A DNA stretch of 60,126 bases, taken from Octopus sinensis. Lineage: Eukaryota. Below the pieces are notes generated by a model. It worked only from the letters and a program-made list of their open reading frames with translations. It searched no databases and had not been told where the DNA came from. Made by a program: the position numbers and the translations under genes. The stretch lies in NCBI RefSeq assembly GCF_006345805.1, contig NW_021832573.1, forward strand, positions 1 to 60,126. Reading direction: 5' to 3'. Position 1 is the stretch's first letter; every line of letters starts with the position of its first letter. Shown one piece after another: positions 38,448 to 51,739 of the stretch.

Positions 38448-40673
38448 GAGTTTCTTTATTGGCCACACAGGGCTGCACACAGATGGGACAAATTACAAGG
38501 TAGAGCTTTTCTTTTGGGGGATGAAAAAAACAAAAAACAAAAAACAAAAGAAACAAAAAAAATTTGGCGTAGGTTTTCGATCAAAAGGGATCGTAAAAGG
38601 GAAAAAAGAAACAAAAGAAAAGAAAAAGGAAAAAAGGTGAAGAGGGAAAAAAGCGATCAATAGGGATCGTGTATCACAGTGTCATGATGTACGGTGTAAG
38701 GGGAGAAGCAGATAAGGTTTATTCTTGGGAAGAAAAGCCTACGAAAAAGACCACGGTAACCTCGGTCAATATTGTTATATGTTACCACATTTGTTTGCAA
38801 GTGGGTAACCCTCTGTTTTCAATTTCTGGGTTCATAGGATTATGCTCAAGGTGGCTTCGTCATTTTTTTAAAACATTCACTAGACAAAACTTGCCTCTCT
38901 ACTCTCACTTTCCTTTTCAAGTGGTACTTGAAGAAGTTGATGAGAGATTGACCAGAGAGGAAAGTGTTTGTCTCCAATCTTTTCAGACGCGTCCACCAGA
39001 TACATTCTTTCGCCATAGCCACAAGGATGATGAAAATAGCTCTTCCTTCCCGTTTGAAGGAAGGAGGCGTGACAATATTGACGATAGACTCAGCTGATAA
39101 ACCGACATCGTCCCACACGTGACAGCAGTTGTTCTACATAAGCCCACAAGTCGGAAATTGTTGGACACTGCACGAGTGCGTGCAGAACGGTTTCGTCGCT
39201 CTGACCGCAGGTCGACCCCGCGTTTCTCGAGCCGTGTCTGTAGAGCTTATCCCGAACGGGTTGCGCTTCTCGGTAGCACTGCCAGGCCAGGGATCTCTGG
39301 AAGTTGTCCATGGGCCCTGGCCCGAAAGTCGTCCCGAACAGGCGGGTCAGGTATTCCTCGTCGATGTCCAGGTTCGCCCCGAGCTCGTCGTCGTACCTCC
39401 CCTCCACTAATCCCCTATAGAATGCTTTGGTTTTGATAGAGTCACTCAAGTTCGACCTAGGACGGCAGAGTTGCTTGAGAGCAACGCGACACTCGCGGTG
39501 CCATTCGCTCTTCCTCGGCCTCTTTTTGATCCACGACTGCAGTTCGGTCATGGAGACGAGCTGCGGGAAAGCGTGTCCCACAAACGGTGACCACACCTGT
39601 TCACCGTTGTCTACGAAGAGCCTGAGATGTCGCAGTCTCAGCGCGTGTCTGCGCATCATCAACCACGGCATGCCCAGTCCTCCTTTTAACGGGTGTTGAC
39701 AGCAAATGGATCGCCTGACCATCGGGCGCATCCTTTCCACAAGAAGCGAAAGAGAATGCGTTCTAGTTTAGTGATGGTAGGGTCGGGACAAGGCGACGGT
39801 CTGACGGTAGTAGATGACGGACGCGATGTACGTGTTCGCCACCTTAGCCCGACCTTTTAGGGACAGTTTCCTCTCGGCCCATTGCTGAGCGAGAGTGATC
39901 ACCCTACTCGTTATCTCGTTCCAGTTCTTCTCCACTTGGAGGTCCGGACCGAACCAGACCCCGAGCAACTCGACCGGACCGTCGGTCCAGCGTCCCACAT
40001 CGGAGGCGCTGGTGGACGGCATGGGCTTGCTTCTCCAGGTGCCTAGTCGCAAGCCCACTGACTTTTCCCGGTTGATTTTCGCTCCTGTCACCGCTTCGTA
40101 GTTTTTCAGTGTCTCGCCGACCTGCTCGATGTGCTCGTGGCTAGACACTATGACGGTGACGTCGTCCGCGTATGCAGACACGCTCGTCCCGCATCCCAGT
40201 TCTCGCGGGATGCCCCTCAGAGTCGCCAGCTTCCGCAATAGTGGCTCGAGAGTCAATACGTGTAGAAGCGACGAGAGGGGACATCCCTGACGGACCGAAC
40301 GTGCGATGACGAAAGTTCTCGATAGATGTCCATTTACGCGAATTACCGAACGGATCGCTCTGTACAAAGCGGCTATCCAGCCGCGGAAGACGGGACCGAA
40401 GCCAGCCGCTCTGAGGACAGCCCCCAAGTATCGATGGTCTACTCTATCGAAAGCTTTCGATTGATCCAAATTGATCAGTGCCCCACTCATGCCAGGTTCG
40501 TTAACTACTCTGTCTATGATGTAGCGCATCAGATGGAGGTTGTCATGGATGCTCCGGCCCGGCACGGCGCACGTTTGCGCCTTGTCGACCAGTTTCTCGA
40601 TGACAAGCGCCAACCTCTTGGCTAACACCTTGGCCAAAATTTTCAAGTCTGCATTAAGCAGAGTGATGGGCCT
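38448..40673 (-). mobile_element. 5'-truncated Tx1/L1-type LINE, second subfamily (RT to 3'UTR), within (GATA)n
   Basis: RPITLLNADLKILAK...LDQSKAFDRV...RQGCPLS...AYADD; frameshifts; ~33-bp deletion near 38863 relative to the 1978-2587 copy; followed by (GATA)/(GACA)n 40674-40755. Confidence 0.92.
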
Positions 40674-40680
40674 AGATAGG

Positions 40681-40728
<48 letters not shown>

Positions 40729-40955
40729 CAGACAGATAGACAGACAGACAGACAGCTTGGTCTATAGGGTCGTAAATTCATAATTATGTGTGTACTTTTT
40801 CTGTGAATCTTGTGATGTCTTGAATATGTGCAATGCACATATATCCATGTAGTAAAGGAATCCATCATCTGGTTAATGAGGTTTGTGCCTTTTATGCATA
40901 ATGTTCTTATGACGCATATAATCGATGTCTAGACAAAAAGTCATCTAGGTTCGTT

Positions 40956-41225
40956 ATTGAGAGGTACAAGCTACTAAAAGATGAAATTTCACGAATATGG
41001 GCAGTGAAGAGAGTAACTGGTATCCCAGTTGTTGTAGGGGTCACTGGGAGAGTTAAGCAACCCTATATGAGAAACATGTTGGAGAACTGGAATTGATATG
41101 AGGGTAGAACATGCTCAGGAACATGTTTTATTGGGGACACGGAGGATTTTGAGACATCTGGTAATTTACGTATCGTAGAAGGGGACCCTATGAGACCTTT
41201 GACAACAGGTTGTTGTCCACACAAG
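40956..41225 (+). mobile_element. Decayed 3' fragment of an R4/Dong-like LINE (restriction-like endonuclease end)
   Basis: IERYKLLKDEISRIWAVKRVTGIPVVVGVTG then AQEHVLLGTRRILR resemble the K..KY..L..E...W...IP.V.GALG / QK..LLGTA.ILR pattern. Confidence 0.6.
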
Positions 41226-41229
41226 GTTT

Positions 41230-41595
41230 TCACCTTTTATTGTAGAATATACATTTGTGTTGGCTGGCAGAAGGAACCGGTGCCATAGTATGAAGTCTTT
41301 TGAAATATCTTTTTAATCTTCCAACTGAACTGCACACCATTCTACAGGTTGCGAATGTTCTGTTGTCAACAATAAACGTCTCATAATTGACAAGAGGCCA
41401 ATTCCTGTGGTTTATAATGGCTGACCAGGCCTGCATGACTCAAGCATTTCTTCCTTTCTTCCTACAAATCAGACACGTGAAAACCAATACTCCTTCCTTT
41501 TCTACTGGTTCATACGTTCTAAGTTTTTTTTTCTGATCGTCTCGTGCTTCACTCTCTCTTTCAAACTTCGAGGAATCACTTGAACTTTTCCCTCC

Positions 41596-41597
<2 letters not shown>
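41230..41597 (-). mobile_element. Possible decayed RTE-type LINE C-terminus with C2H2-like fingers
   Basis: FTCLIC and TCRMVCSSVGRLKRYFKRLH remnants after a basic helical segment. Confidence 0.35.
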
Positions 41598-41626
<29 letters not shown>

Positions 41627-42393
41627 ATATTATAATACAAATTTAGATAGGGGTTGTAAATGCAACCCTCCATGGGATAATATATATCCAATATACTGCT
41701 AGTGAAGTAATCTATATATTGACCTACCATAAAAGGCTAATATTGGTAAAATGAGACATACTTATCTACATGGCCGAAACAGCTGTAAGATGTAATCTAT
41801 ACTTATATTTATATTTACTTATATTTATATTCTCTTTTATATATATTCTACTTATTATACAACACTGCTGTTTTATGTACACTTTTTTATGTACATTCCT
41901 TTATGTACACTGATTTGTTCTGCTTTTTATATTTAACCCTACAGTCTCTTATGTGGTGGTTTAATAAAGTATGTGATTGAGTATTATCTGGTAATTGATA
42001 TTTGATTTAGATGTATTTCTCCATTTTCTTATCTTGTATAAATATATATATATACATATATACATATGTGTGTGTATGTGTGTATGTATATATATATATA
42101 CACACATGCACACACATACATGCATACATACATACATACATACATACACACACACACATACACACACACATATATACACTGCAGTGTAGATCAGTATATA
42201 GTGTATATATAATATCCATAGAAATGCAGGCTTACATACATATATATATATAGATATATTATATATATATATATATTATATATATATATAATATAATAAT
42301 ATTATAAATATTTTTTTTATTTTAGCTAGTTTCAGCTCACGAGCTGTGGCCATGCTGGGGCACCGCCATTTAATATATATCTGTCTGTATATG

Positions 42394-42443
<50 letters not shown>

Positions 42444-42956
42444 TGTGTGTACATATCAGTACTACGCAGTTTCAGAAATCACTTGGAGGTCATTTATTTT
42501 AAATTTACTAATTAACCAGTCGCTGGACATCAATGGTGAATATCGTGGTAACTTAAAATAATCATCGCCCCACCATTCAGCTAAAATCTCACCATTACAC
42601 ATCGCATGTTTATTCTCCTCACGAAAGTTTTATATTCTTGATGGTTGCTATTCGCGTTCGTTGTCTCGTATCGTTGTATGAATAATTTATTTTTATGTGA
42701 AGAATGCAATCTCATCATATTCATTAAGTCAAGTCAACCAGTTCACTGATTTAATAATAATTAGCTCGTCGTACAAAGAGTCTCCTCATTATGTATTGAT
42801 TGTTGTAATTAATTAATCTCCATAACTATTTTAATAACTGTTCTTTTGTTCTGAGATAATCAGCTTATTCGCATATATATGTATATATATATATACATAC
42901 ATACATATATATATACAGATATACATATACAGACATACATACATACATATACACAC

Positions 42957-43020
<64 letters not shown>

Positions 43021-43463
43021 CATATATATATACATATACACATATACAAAGACATATATACGTACATAGATACATACATACATGCATACATACACACACG
43101 CACACACACACTCATATATATATATATAGATCCATACATATATATATATATATATGTGTGTGTATATGTATTCTGATAAGCAATTCATACAAACTATACG
43201 CTCATGAACAAATGCATGATGACATAACCCTACACATATACATACTAGTGTGCATGAATGCTCACATGCACACACACACACATGTTGTATGAACACAAAA
43301 TACTTTGCTCAAATGCTCACATGCATGAATGAATGCCTACCGATATGCCCACATACGTTATCTATCTATCTACCTATCTATCTATCTATCTATCTATCTA
43401 TCTCTATATATCTATCTATCTATCTCTCCATCTATCTATCTCTCTCTCTCTCGCTCTCTCTCA

Positions 43464-43506
<43 letters not shown>

Positions 43507-43560
43507 TATATATATATCCATCTATCTATCTATCTCTCTCTCTCTCTCTCAATCTATCTA

Positions 43561-43591
<31 letters not shown>

Positions 43592-44034
43592 TCATGTGTG
43601 TGTGTGCAAGCTTGACTATTAGCATATACGTGAATGTATTTCCATATAAAGTACGTTTAGCACAACTCTATACACTAAACGTGTTTATCTTTTTTATATC
43701 AAAATATTCAACGGAAACATTTTTGATACAATTTTTCATGTCAAGCTGATTGTCATTTTCTTAGCTTAAATTTATTCTCATGTTATGAAACATCATCTTT
43801 CCTTTATTATATTCTACTATTTTCTTTTTCCTTGAACAGTTTATTATTTTATTTTATATTATTCTTTTCTACTCTAGGCACAAGGCCAGAAATTTTGGGG
43901 TAGGGGAGCAGTCGATTAGATCGACCCAGTACGCAACTGGTACTTAATTTGCTGTCGTTTTTTAGGAATATGAAATTACTAGGAGGACTAGATTCACGGC
44001 CCCTTCGCTCCCGCCCCTTTTAGTCTCCTAAAGT

Positions 44035-44521
44035 AGGATTTGACTACACCTTCATTTAGAGCACAGTTTAAGCTATCTTTTCGTGGAAGAAGGTTTATGT
44101 TCCTGTAACCTGTGTTAATTTTGTAACCCTTTAAATTGGAAGATAAGAAAGTTCATTTTCGGCACTTGATGCTTTGGGAACCAGACAAAAATTGCTGCAG
44201 CTTGACTGGGATGTGTTACCCCAGCCTCCATATTCAGCAGATATTGCTCCTTCGGATTTCCACTTATTCAGGTCTCTGCAGAATAGCCTTAATGGTAAAA
44301 ATTTCAATTCCTTGGACGACGTAAAAAGATACCTTGATGAATTATTTGCCATGAAACCACCTCAATTCTGGGAAGAGGGTATTTTTAAGTTAAAAGAAAG
44401 ATGGAGACGCATTGTGCAAGAAAATGGTTCATATTTGGTTGCTTAAAAATGTAATGGCAAGTATTTATTGACCTTTTTCTTTCGTTTAAAAATCGGCACG
44501 AACTTTTCGGACAACCCAATA
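44035..44521 (+). mobile_element. Internally deleted mariner, copy 1 (left TIR lost)
   Basis: EDKKVHFRHLMLWE fused to TRQKLLQLDWDVLPQPPYSADIAPSDFHLFRSL...ERWRRIV; right TIR + TA at 44520. Confidence 0.9.
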
Positions 44522-44932
44522 TTTTAAAGTAATCTGAATGGGCGCTAGACTCGATAGAACTGCATCCCGCTGTCTGAACTTCCTTTATTCGTCTCATTTT
44601 CCTCCTTTTCCTTTTGTCCCCATCTTTTTTCTTTAATTTCTTACTTTCATACGTCCGAGCGGTTTTACCAAAGCTAACTCTATCGATTTCCAACAATCAA
44701 TTAAATTATAGATTCCTTTTCAAATATTTTGTGATTCTACAACTTAACCTAAATTGCATAAAAGTATTGTATATCATTTAGCCATTATTGTCTGGCAAAC
44801 TGAAAGGTGAAATCGCCATGATGTTAGAAAATTCAACAACTTCAAGTAAATCTAATATTGTTTCACGCTTGTAAGTATGTATGTATGTATTCATATTTGT
44901 ATGTATGTATGTATGTATGTATGTATGTATTC

Positions 44933-44965
<33 letters not shown>

Positions 44966-45052
44966 TGTATGTATTATGTATGTATGTATGCATGTATGTA
45001 CGTATGTATGTACGTACGCGTGTGAATGTACGTATGTACGTATTTATGTATG

Positions 45053-45613
45053 TATTGGGTTGTCCGGAAAGTTCGTGCCGATTACATTTCGACTTATTTT
45101 AGAACGTGGTTGAGTCCATAAAATAGGATTTGACTATACCTCCATTTAGAGCACAGTTTAAGCTATCTTTTCCTGAAAAAAGATTTATGATCTTATAACC
45201 TGTGTTAATTCTGTAACCCATTAAAATAGAAGATAACAAAGTTCATTTTCGGCACTTGATGCTTTGGGAACCAGACAAAAATTGCTGCAGCTTGACTGGG
45301 ATGTTTTACCCCCACCTCGCATTCCTCATCCATATTCAGCAGAATGGCTCCTTCGGATTTCCACTTATTCAGGTCTCTGCAGAGGCCTTAATGGTAAAAA
45401 TTTCAATCCTTGGACGACGTAAAAAGATACCTGATGAATTCTTGCCATGAAACCACCTCATTCTGGGAAGAGGGTATTTTTAAGTTAAAAGAAATATGAG
45501 ACGCATTGTGCAAGAATGGTTCATATTTGGTTGCTTAAAAATGTAATGGCAAGTATTTATTGACCTTTTTCTTTCGTTTAAAAATCGGCACGAACTTTTC
45601 GGACAACCCAATA
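45053..45613 (+). mobile_element. Internally deleted mariner, copy 2 (both TIRs, chimeric)
   Basis: TA-ttgggttgtccggaaagttcgtgccgatt ... aatcggcacgaacttttcggacaacccaa-TA. Confidence 0.88.
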
Positions 45614-46131
45614 TTTTAAAGTAATCTGAATGGGCGCTAGACTCGATAGAACTGCATCCCGCTGTCTGAACTTCCTTTATTCGTCTCATTTTCCTCCTTT
45701 TCCTTTTGTCCCCTTCTTTTTTCTTTAATTTCTTACTTTCATACGTCCGAGCGGTTTTACCAAAGCTAACTCTATCGATTTCCAACAATCAATTAAATTA
45801 TAGATTCCTTTTCAAATATTTTGTGATTCTACAACTTAACCTAATTGCATAAAAGTATTGTATATCATTTAGCCATTATTGTCTGGCAAACTGAAAGGTG
45901 AAATCGCCATGATGTTAGAAAATTCAACAACTTCAAGTAAATCTAATATTGTTTCACGCTTGTAAGTATGTATGTATGTATCTCATATTTGTATGTATGT
46001 ATGTGTAGTGTGTATTCATATATGTATGTATGTATGTATGTATTATGTTGTAGTGGTATGATGTATGTATGCATGTATGTACGTATGTATGTCGTACGCG
46101 TGTGAATGTACGTATGTACGTATTATGTATG

Positions 46132-46465
46132 TATTGGGTTGTCCGGAAAGTTCGTGCCGATTACATTTCGACTTATTTTAGAACGTGGTTGAGTCCATAA
46201 AATAGGATTTGACTATACCTCCATTTAGAGCACAGTTTAAGCTATCTTTTCCTGAAAAAAGATTTATGATCTTATAACCTGTGTTAATTCTGTAACCCAT
46301 TAAAATAGAAGATAACAAAGTTCATTTTCGGCACTTGATGCTTTGGGAACCAGACAAAAATTGCTGCAGCTTGGCTGGGATGTGTTACCCCACCCTCTAT
46401 ATTCAGCAGATATTGCTCCTTCGGGTTTCCACTTATTCAGGTCCCTGCAGGATAGTTTTAATGGT
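46132..46465 (+). mobile_element. Internally deleted mariner, copy 3 (3'-truncated)
   Basis: Left TIR plus WDVLPHPLYSADIAPSGFHLFRSL. Confidence 0.85.
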
Positions 46466-46934
46466 ATGTATATATATGCATTTATGTGTTGTGTGGAAGA
46501 ACACACCTATTGTTTGGTTCCTAATGGACTGTGCCATGTGCCTCCACCTATATATAACGTGCATATGGAATGTAATGAAACACAAATATGACTAAGACCT
46601 ACAGACGGTATATTCATGTAGGTTATAGTTTAATTTCTAGCGATTTCTTTGGACCCCGAATGTTTTCATTGGTTTATTTGTACGTCTTGGTTACGGTGAT
46701 ACGATACGAAGACTGTAGTGCGTCCATTTGTAGCGATTTTGCAATGTTTTGTATTTCTTGTTGTTTTAACTGATTGCATAAAAATATTTTTGGAAGAGAA
46801 AGAAAGATTTATAACTTATCTGGTGGGGAAAGCCACTGAACATCGGTTTCCATACACGCACGCATGCACACATACACACACACGGATAGACACATATGCA
46901 CACACACACATGCACGCACGTACACACACAGACA

Positions 46935-46991
<57 letters not shown>

Positions 46992-47165
46992 AAATCCTTC
47001 GAATTCTACATCTTTCCCATACCTTGCCAAGTGTCACTCTGGCACCTGAGACATAATTTTCTTTAATACACACATTTATCAATCAACTGGATTACAACTG
47101 TCACCATAATAATAAATGTCTTTACCGGATATTTAAATTGGTAATACCTTTCTCTAGATATGTAC

Positions 47166-47585
47166 AGGCGCAGGAGTGGCTGTGTGGTAAGTAGCTTGCT
47201 TACCAACCACATGGTTTCGAGTTCAGTCCCACTGCGTGGCACCTTGGGCAAGAGTCTTCTACAATCGTGAGTGGATTTAGTAGACGGAAACTGAAAGAAG
47301 CTCGTCGTATATGTGTATATATATATATATATATGTGTGGTGTGTGTGTGTGTTGTGTGTGTGTGTGTGTGTGTTTGTGTGTCTGTGTTTGTCCCCTCAA
47401 CATCGCTTGACAATCGATGCTGGTGTGTTTACGTCCCCGTAACTTAGCGGTTCGGCAAAAGAGACCGATAGAATAAGTACTAGGCTTACATAGAATAAGT
47501 CCTGGGGTCGATTGGCTCGACTAAAAGGCGATGCTCCAGCATGGCCACAGTCAAATGACTGAAACAAGTAAAAGAGTAACAGAGT
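47166..47585 (+). mobile_element. CORE-type SINE family B
   Basis: Matches 26487-26892. Confidence 0.88.
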
Positions 47586-48364
47586 GCCAGTCAGCCCTTT
47601 TTTCTGCAGCTTCTGCAGGGATAGCTTTCCATGAAACAAGTAAAAGAGAAAGAGAGAATTATCCCCTAAGCCAATATATGCAGCAGTGAAAGATCAGTTT
47701 CCTATCTTTTGATTCTCGCGTGTATGGTGAAGGTTGATATTTTGAAATAATTAAAGGATTACATAATGCTAAAGGACGGAGGTGATGTAATTATAATTGA
47801 AATTTGATCTGCTTTGACAGTGCTTTGTTACTGTTGAAGCCAGTAAACGTAGAAACAAATAAAAGTGACGGTTGATGTGAAAGGTTGCTTTGTTTGTGTA
47901 TCAGAACCGAAGTAATTGTCGTTCTGATATCTGCTACAAAAATCTTTCTTTTTATATCGGAATTAATTATTTAGTTTTAAATTCTATACGGATCAGAAAC
48001 AGCACAATAGGATGCTGGCATTGGTTTCAGATTTAGATGGTAATGTTTGTTGTCCTAACCGCCACATGCAATGACATCTTCGTAATATGAAAAAAAAAAA
48101 TATTCGCTCGCTTTTGTAAGACGCTAAACCTATCGCTAAATTCTGCTGAAGAGATATTATGCAAATGTCCAAGAATAGGAAAGAAAAGAATAATTGAGCG
48201 TAAATTGAAAATGAATTTGCCTGTTTAATTATAATTGTAAGTTTTCTACTTGGAGATTATCTGAGTTACAATTAAATTAGATATATTGCTTCCAATGCAT
48301 TACTCAACAAAAACTAATCGCTAATTAAGCGCTCGAAATAGCAATCATGTTTTCGAACACATAA

Positions 48365-48412
<48 letters not shown>

Positions 48413-48889
48413 TGTGTGCGTGTGTGTGTGTGTGTGCGTGTGTGTGTGTGTATTTATGTTTATGTGTATATGTGTGTGGGGGAAATAGAAGTTGAAAATG
48501 CACTGGGAATAGTTAAATTATTTTTTATTAATATATTTGAAGCTTTAACTGGTTTCACAGTTTACACTGATTTTCAAAAAGTTCGAACAGAAAGACGTGG
48601 CTTATGTCGCAGCAGTCTTGCTTCTGACTAGTGTTTGAAGACTGCCCTGATTTTATGGGGAGTTCATGGCTCAAATTAGTATGTTTGGGACAGGATTTGA
48701 TTAGTAGAGGATAGTCACATGACTGGTCTTAGAACGCTACGTCCGTGTGTTTGTACCAAGTGACAATGTTTGACATCGTAAGTTAAGGCTGACACGCTTG
48801 ACTGAACAAGTCCAAACAATCAATGCTCTTATTGTTTACTGCCAAGTGTTTGTTGAGGATGAATACATTAGTAAGTTCGATATTTTGTG

Positions 48890-49720
48890 TTTCCTTAAAG
48901 AAGGCCCAATTGGCTGCAACTGCCTGACTTCTGTTTTAGGAAATCATGTAGACACTCTCCTGGTTTTACCAGTTACTCCAAGGTCTCGCAGCTTGTAACA
49001 TATCGTGCTATGATCTACCTTATCGAAGGCCTTTTGCAGTTAAGATACTCTTTTACTCTTTACTCTTTTACTTGTTTCAGTCATTTGACTGTGGCCAACC
49101 TAGAGCACCGCCTTTAGTCGAGCACATCAATCCCAGGACTTATTCTTTATAAGCCTATTACTTATTCTGTCGGTCTCTTTTGCCGAACCACTAAGTAATG
49201 GAGACGTAAACACACCAGCATCGGTTATCAAGCGATGTTGGAGAGACAAACGCAAACACATAAGCACACACACACACACACACACACACACCACATATAT
49301 ATATATATATATACGTATATACGACGGGCTTCTTTCAGTTTCCGTCTACCAAATCCACTCACAAGGCTTTGGTGGACCCGAGGCTATAGTAGAAAACACT
49401 TGCCCAAGGTACCACGCAATGAGAATGAACCCGGAACCATGAGGTTGGTAAGCAAGCTACTTACCACACAGCCACTACTGCGCCTATAAATGATGATCGA
49501 GTAGCTGCTCCAAAACCCAGTCATAGTGCGGAAAGAGCTATGTGAGGGATCCTCTTCTTGGATGTAAGCCATGCTGAGTATCATTCAGTAAGTCATTTTC
49601 TACTAGAAGAGTAATCAGTTTCTTTCTGACAATTCGTTCCATGACCTAGCTGATATGTGCAGTCAGACGGATTGACCTGTAGCTTTTAGCTTCTGTTCCT
49701 CTTCCGCCTTGCTCTGCAGT
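48890..49720 (-). mobile_element. Decayed CR1-type reverse transcriptase fragment, interrupted by a SINE
   Basis: Minus strand KGG...SYRSIRLTAHIS*VMERIVRKKL...LLNDTQHG, then after the SINE KAFDKVDH...KLRDLGVTG. Confidence 0.75.
49046..49485 (-). mobile_element. CORE-type SINE family B inserted in the CR1 fragment
   Basis: Reverse complement of family B. Confidence 0.88.
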
Positions 49721-49894
49721 TGTAATGTCAAAATGCTCAGCCGGGATTTTTTGTGTGTGTTCCGGGCGATGGTGTGGGGGTGTAGACGCTTTTAAATTGT
49801 TAACTGAGCACTTTGCATTTCCTTTTGGGGGTCAGCAGTCAGTGAACCATTCTTTTGGAACAGATATATACACATAAATACACACACATATGCA

Positions 49895-50425
49895 TATATG
49901 TGTGTGTGAGAGAGAGAGTGTGTGTGAGAGAGAGAGTGTGTGTGTATGTGTGAGAGAGAGAGAGAGTGTGTGTGTGTGTGAGAGAGAGAGAGTGTGTGTG
50001 TGTGTGAGAGAGAGAGAGTGTGTGTGTATGTAGAGAGAGAGTGGGTGTATGAGAGAAAGAGTGGTGTGTGTTGCATGGATAGAGAGAGTGCTGGTGTGAT
50101 GAGAGAAGTGCGTGTGCGTGTGAGAAGAGAGATGTGTGTGTGTGTGAGAGAGAGAGAGAGAATATTGTGTGTGTAGAAAGAGTGTGTGTGTGTAATGAGA
50201 GAGTTGGTGTGTGTTGTGTGTGGATGTAGAGAGAGTGTAATGTTGTAAATGTGCGAGAGAGAGAGAGAGAGAGAGAGAATGTGTGTGTGTGAGAGAGAGA
50301 GAGAGAGTGTGTGTGTGCATGAGAGAGAGAGTGGGTGAATGAGAGAGAGTGTGTGCGTGAGAGAGAGATAGTGTGTGTGTGCGTGAGAGAGAGTGTGTGT
50401 GTGAAGAGAGAGAGAGAGAGAGTGT

Positions 50426-50475
<50 letters not shown>

Positions 50476-50490
50476 TGTGTGTGTGTACAT
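49895..50490. repeat. Compound (GT)n/(GA)n low-complexity tract
   Basis: Direct reading. Confidence 0.9.
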
Positions 50491-50506
50491 ATATATATAT
50501 ATATGT

Positions 50507-50820
50507 AAAGAGCCCCCTTCGGTCATGAATGACCATGGGATTGCTCCTAGAAAGTTACCCTCCGAAGCACAAATCTGGGCAAGGTTATCTATGGAAAACC
50601 AACAGCCGCCCATACATATCAGCCTCCCCTTTTCACATCATTGATGTTGTCCAAGAGAAAGGTAAAGGGGCCGATACAGCTTCGCACCAGTGACGTCACA
50701 ACTCATTTCTACAGCTGAGTGAACTGGACCAACGAGAAACAAAATGTCTTACTCAACTATTCCGTGAATCGAACTCACTACTTCATGATTGTGAACCGGA
50801 CGCTCTAATCAATGGGCCAC
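50507..50820 (-). mobile_element. tRNA/CORE-like SINE with an RTE-like tail
   Basis: Minus strand gtggcccattgattagagcg...gagttcgattc...ccagttcactcagctgtagaaatgagt; tail gcaatcccatggtcattcatgaccgaag. Confidence 0.55.
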
Positions 50821-51739
50821 ATATAATCAATGAACATTTGAGAAAAAGATTCCGCAGGTAAAAATTACAGTTGATATAGAGTTTGGAAGAAAAACATTCC
50901 AGAAACAAAAGCTTTTAATAACTGGTTTTTGTCAAATTAAAATTTCTGAATTAATATTGCTTTAGTTTTTGTTTTGTTTTAACTTTTATATGAAATTAAC
51001 GCCAGCATTAGATATATGAATGAAACTAACTCCCCACAGATTAATTATTTTTTTACAACTGTGCTGTTATTTCATTGTCTCCACAAATACTAATTCCACT
51101 TTATGATAAATAATGTCGCTTTTTGAAAACTTATCGCACCAGAAAATAAACGAACATTAAAATTAATTGAATAAAGAATAACTGGTTTGACAACAAATCA
51201 ATGTCTTTATATGGTATGTGGCCATTTAAGATTTTTAAAATATCTAAAGAAAAAAAAATCGTTAAAAAAAATAGTGTAAAAATTTATCTTTAAACAGTTT
51301 TAAGCAGTTTTAAATTAACGATTTAGAAACGGTGAAAGCGGAATTCACCTCAACTGAGGAGCAATAAAAATTGGTTTAGCTAAAATAATTACCATTTTGA
51401 ATTTTATAGGACGGAACAAGCAAGTATTCGCTTCAATAGCCATTATATTTTGTCGATGTTATGCTATAACTGAGTACACAGAAGAGCTGAGGAAGGAGGA
51501 TTGAAGAAAATTTCCAGGTTAAATTTTCTTTTTACAATCGTACGCAGTTCAATCGTACGCAGAGTTCATGTTAAGGATTGTCTTCGAGTATAGCCCCAAG
51601 CCGATTAATGTCTTGTATGTGAATTTGGTAAGCAGAGACTTTGTGGAAGCTCGTCATGTGTGTGTGTGTGTGTGTGGATGGATGCATGGTTGGATGGATA
51701 GATGCATTATGAATGTACGTGTATATGTATGTATATTTG

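Noticed and set aside
40674-40868. N-terminal extension of the 366-aa RT ORF through the microsatellite
   Set aside because: Chance in-frame read-through of flank and (TATC)n into a truncated RT that is frameshifted downstream.
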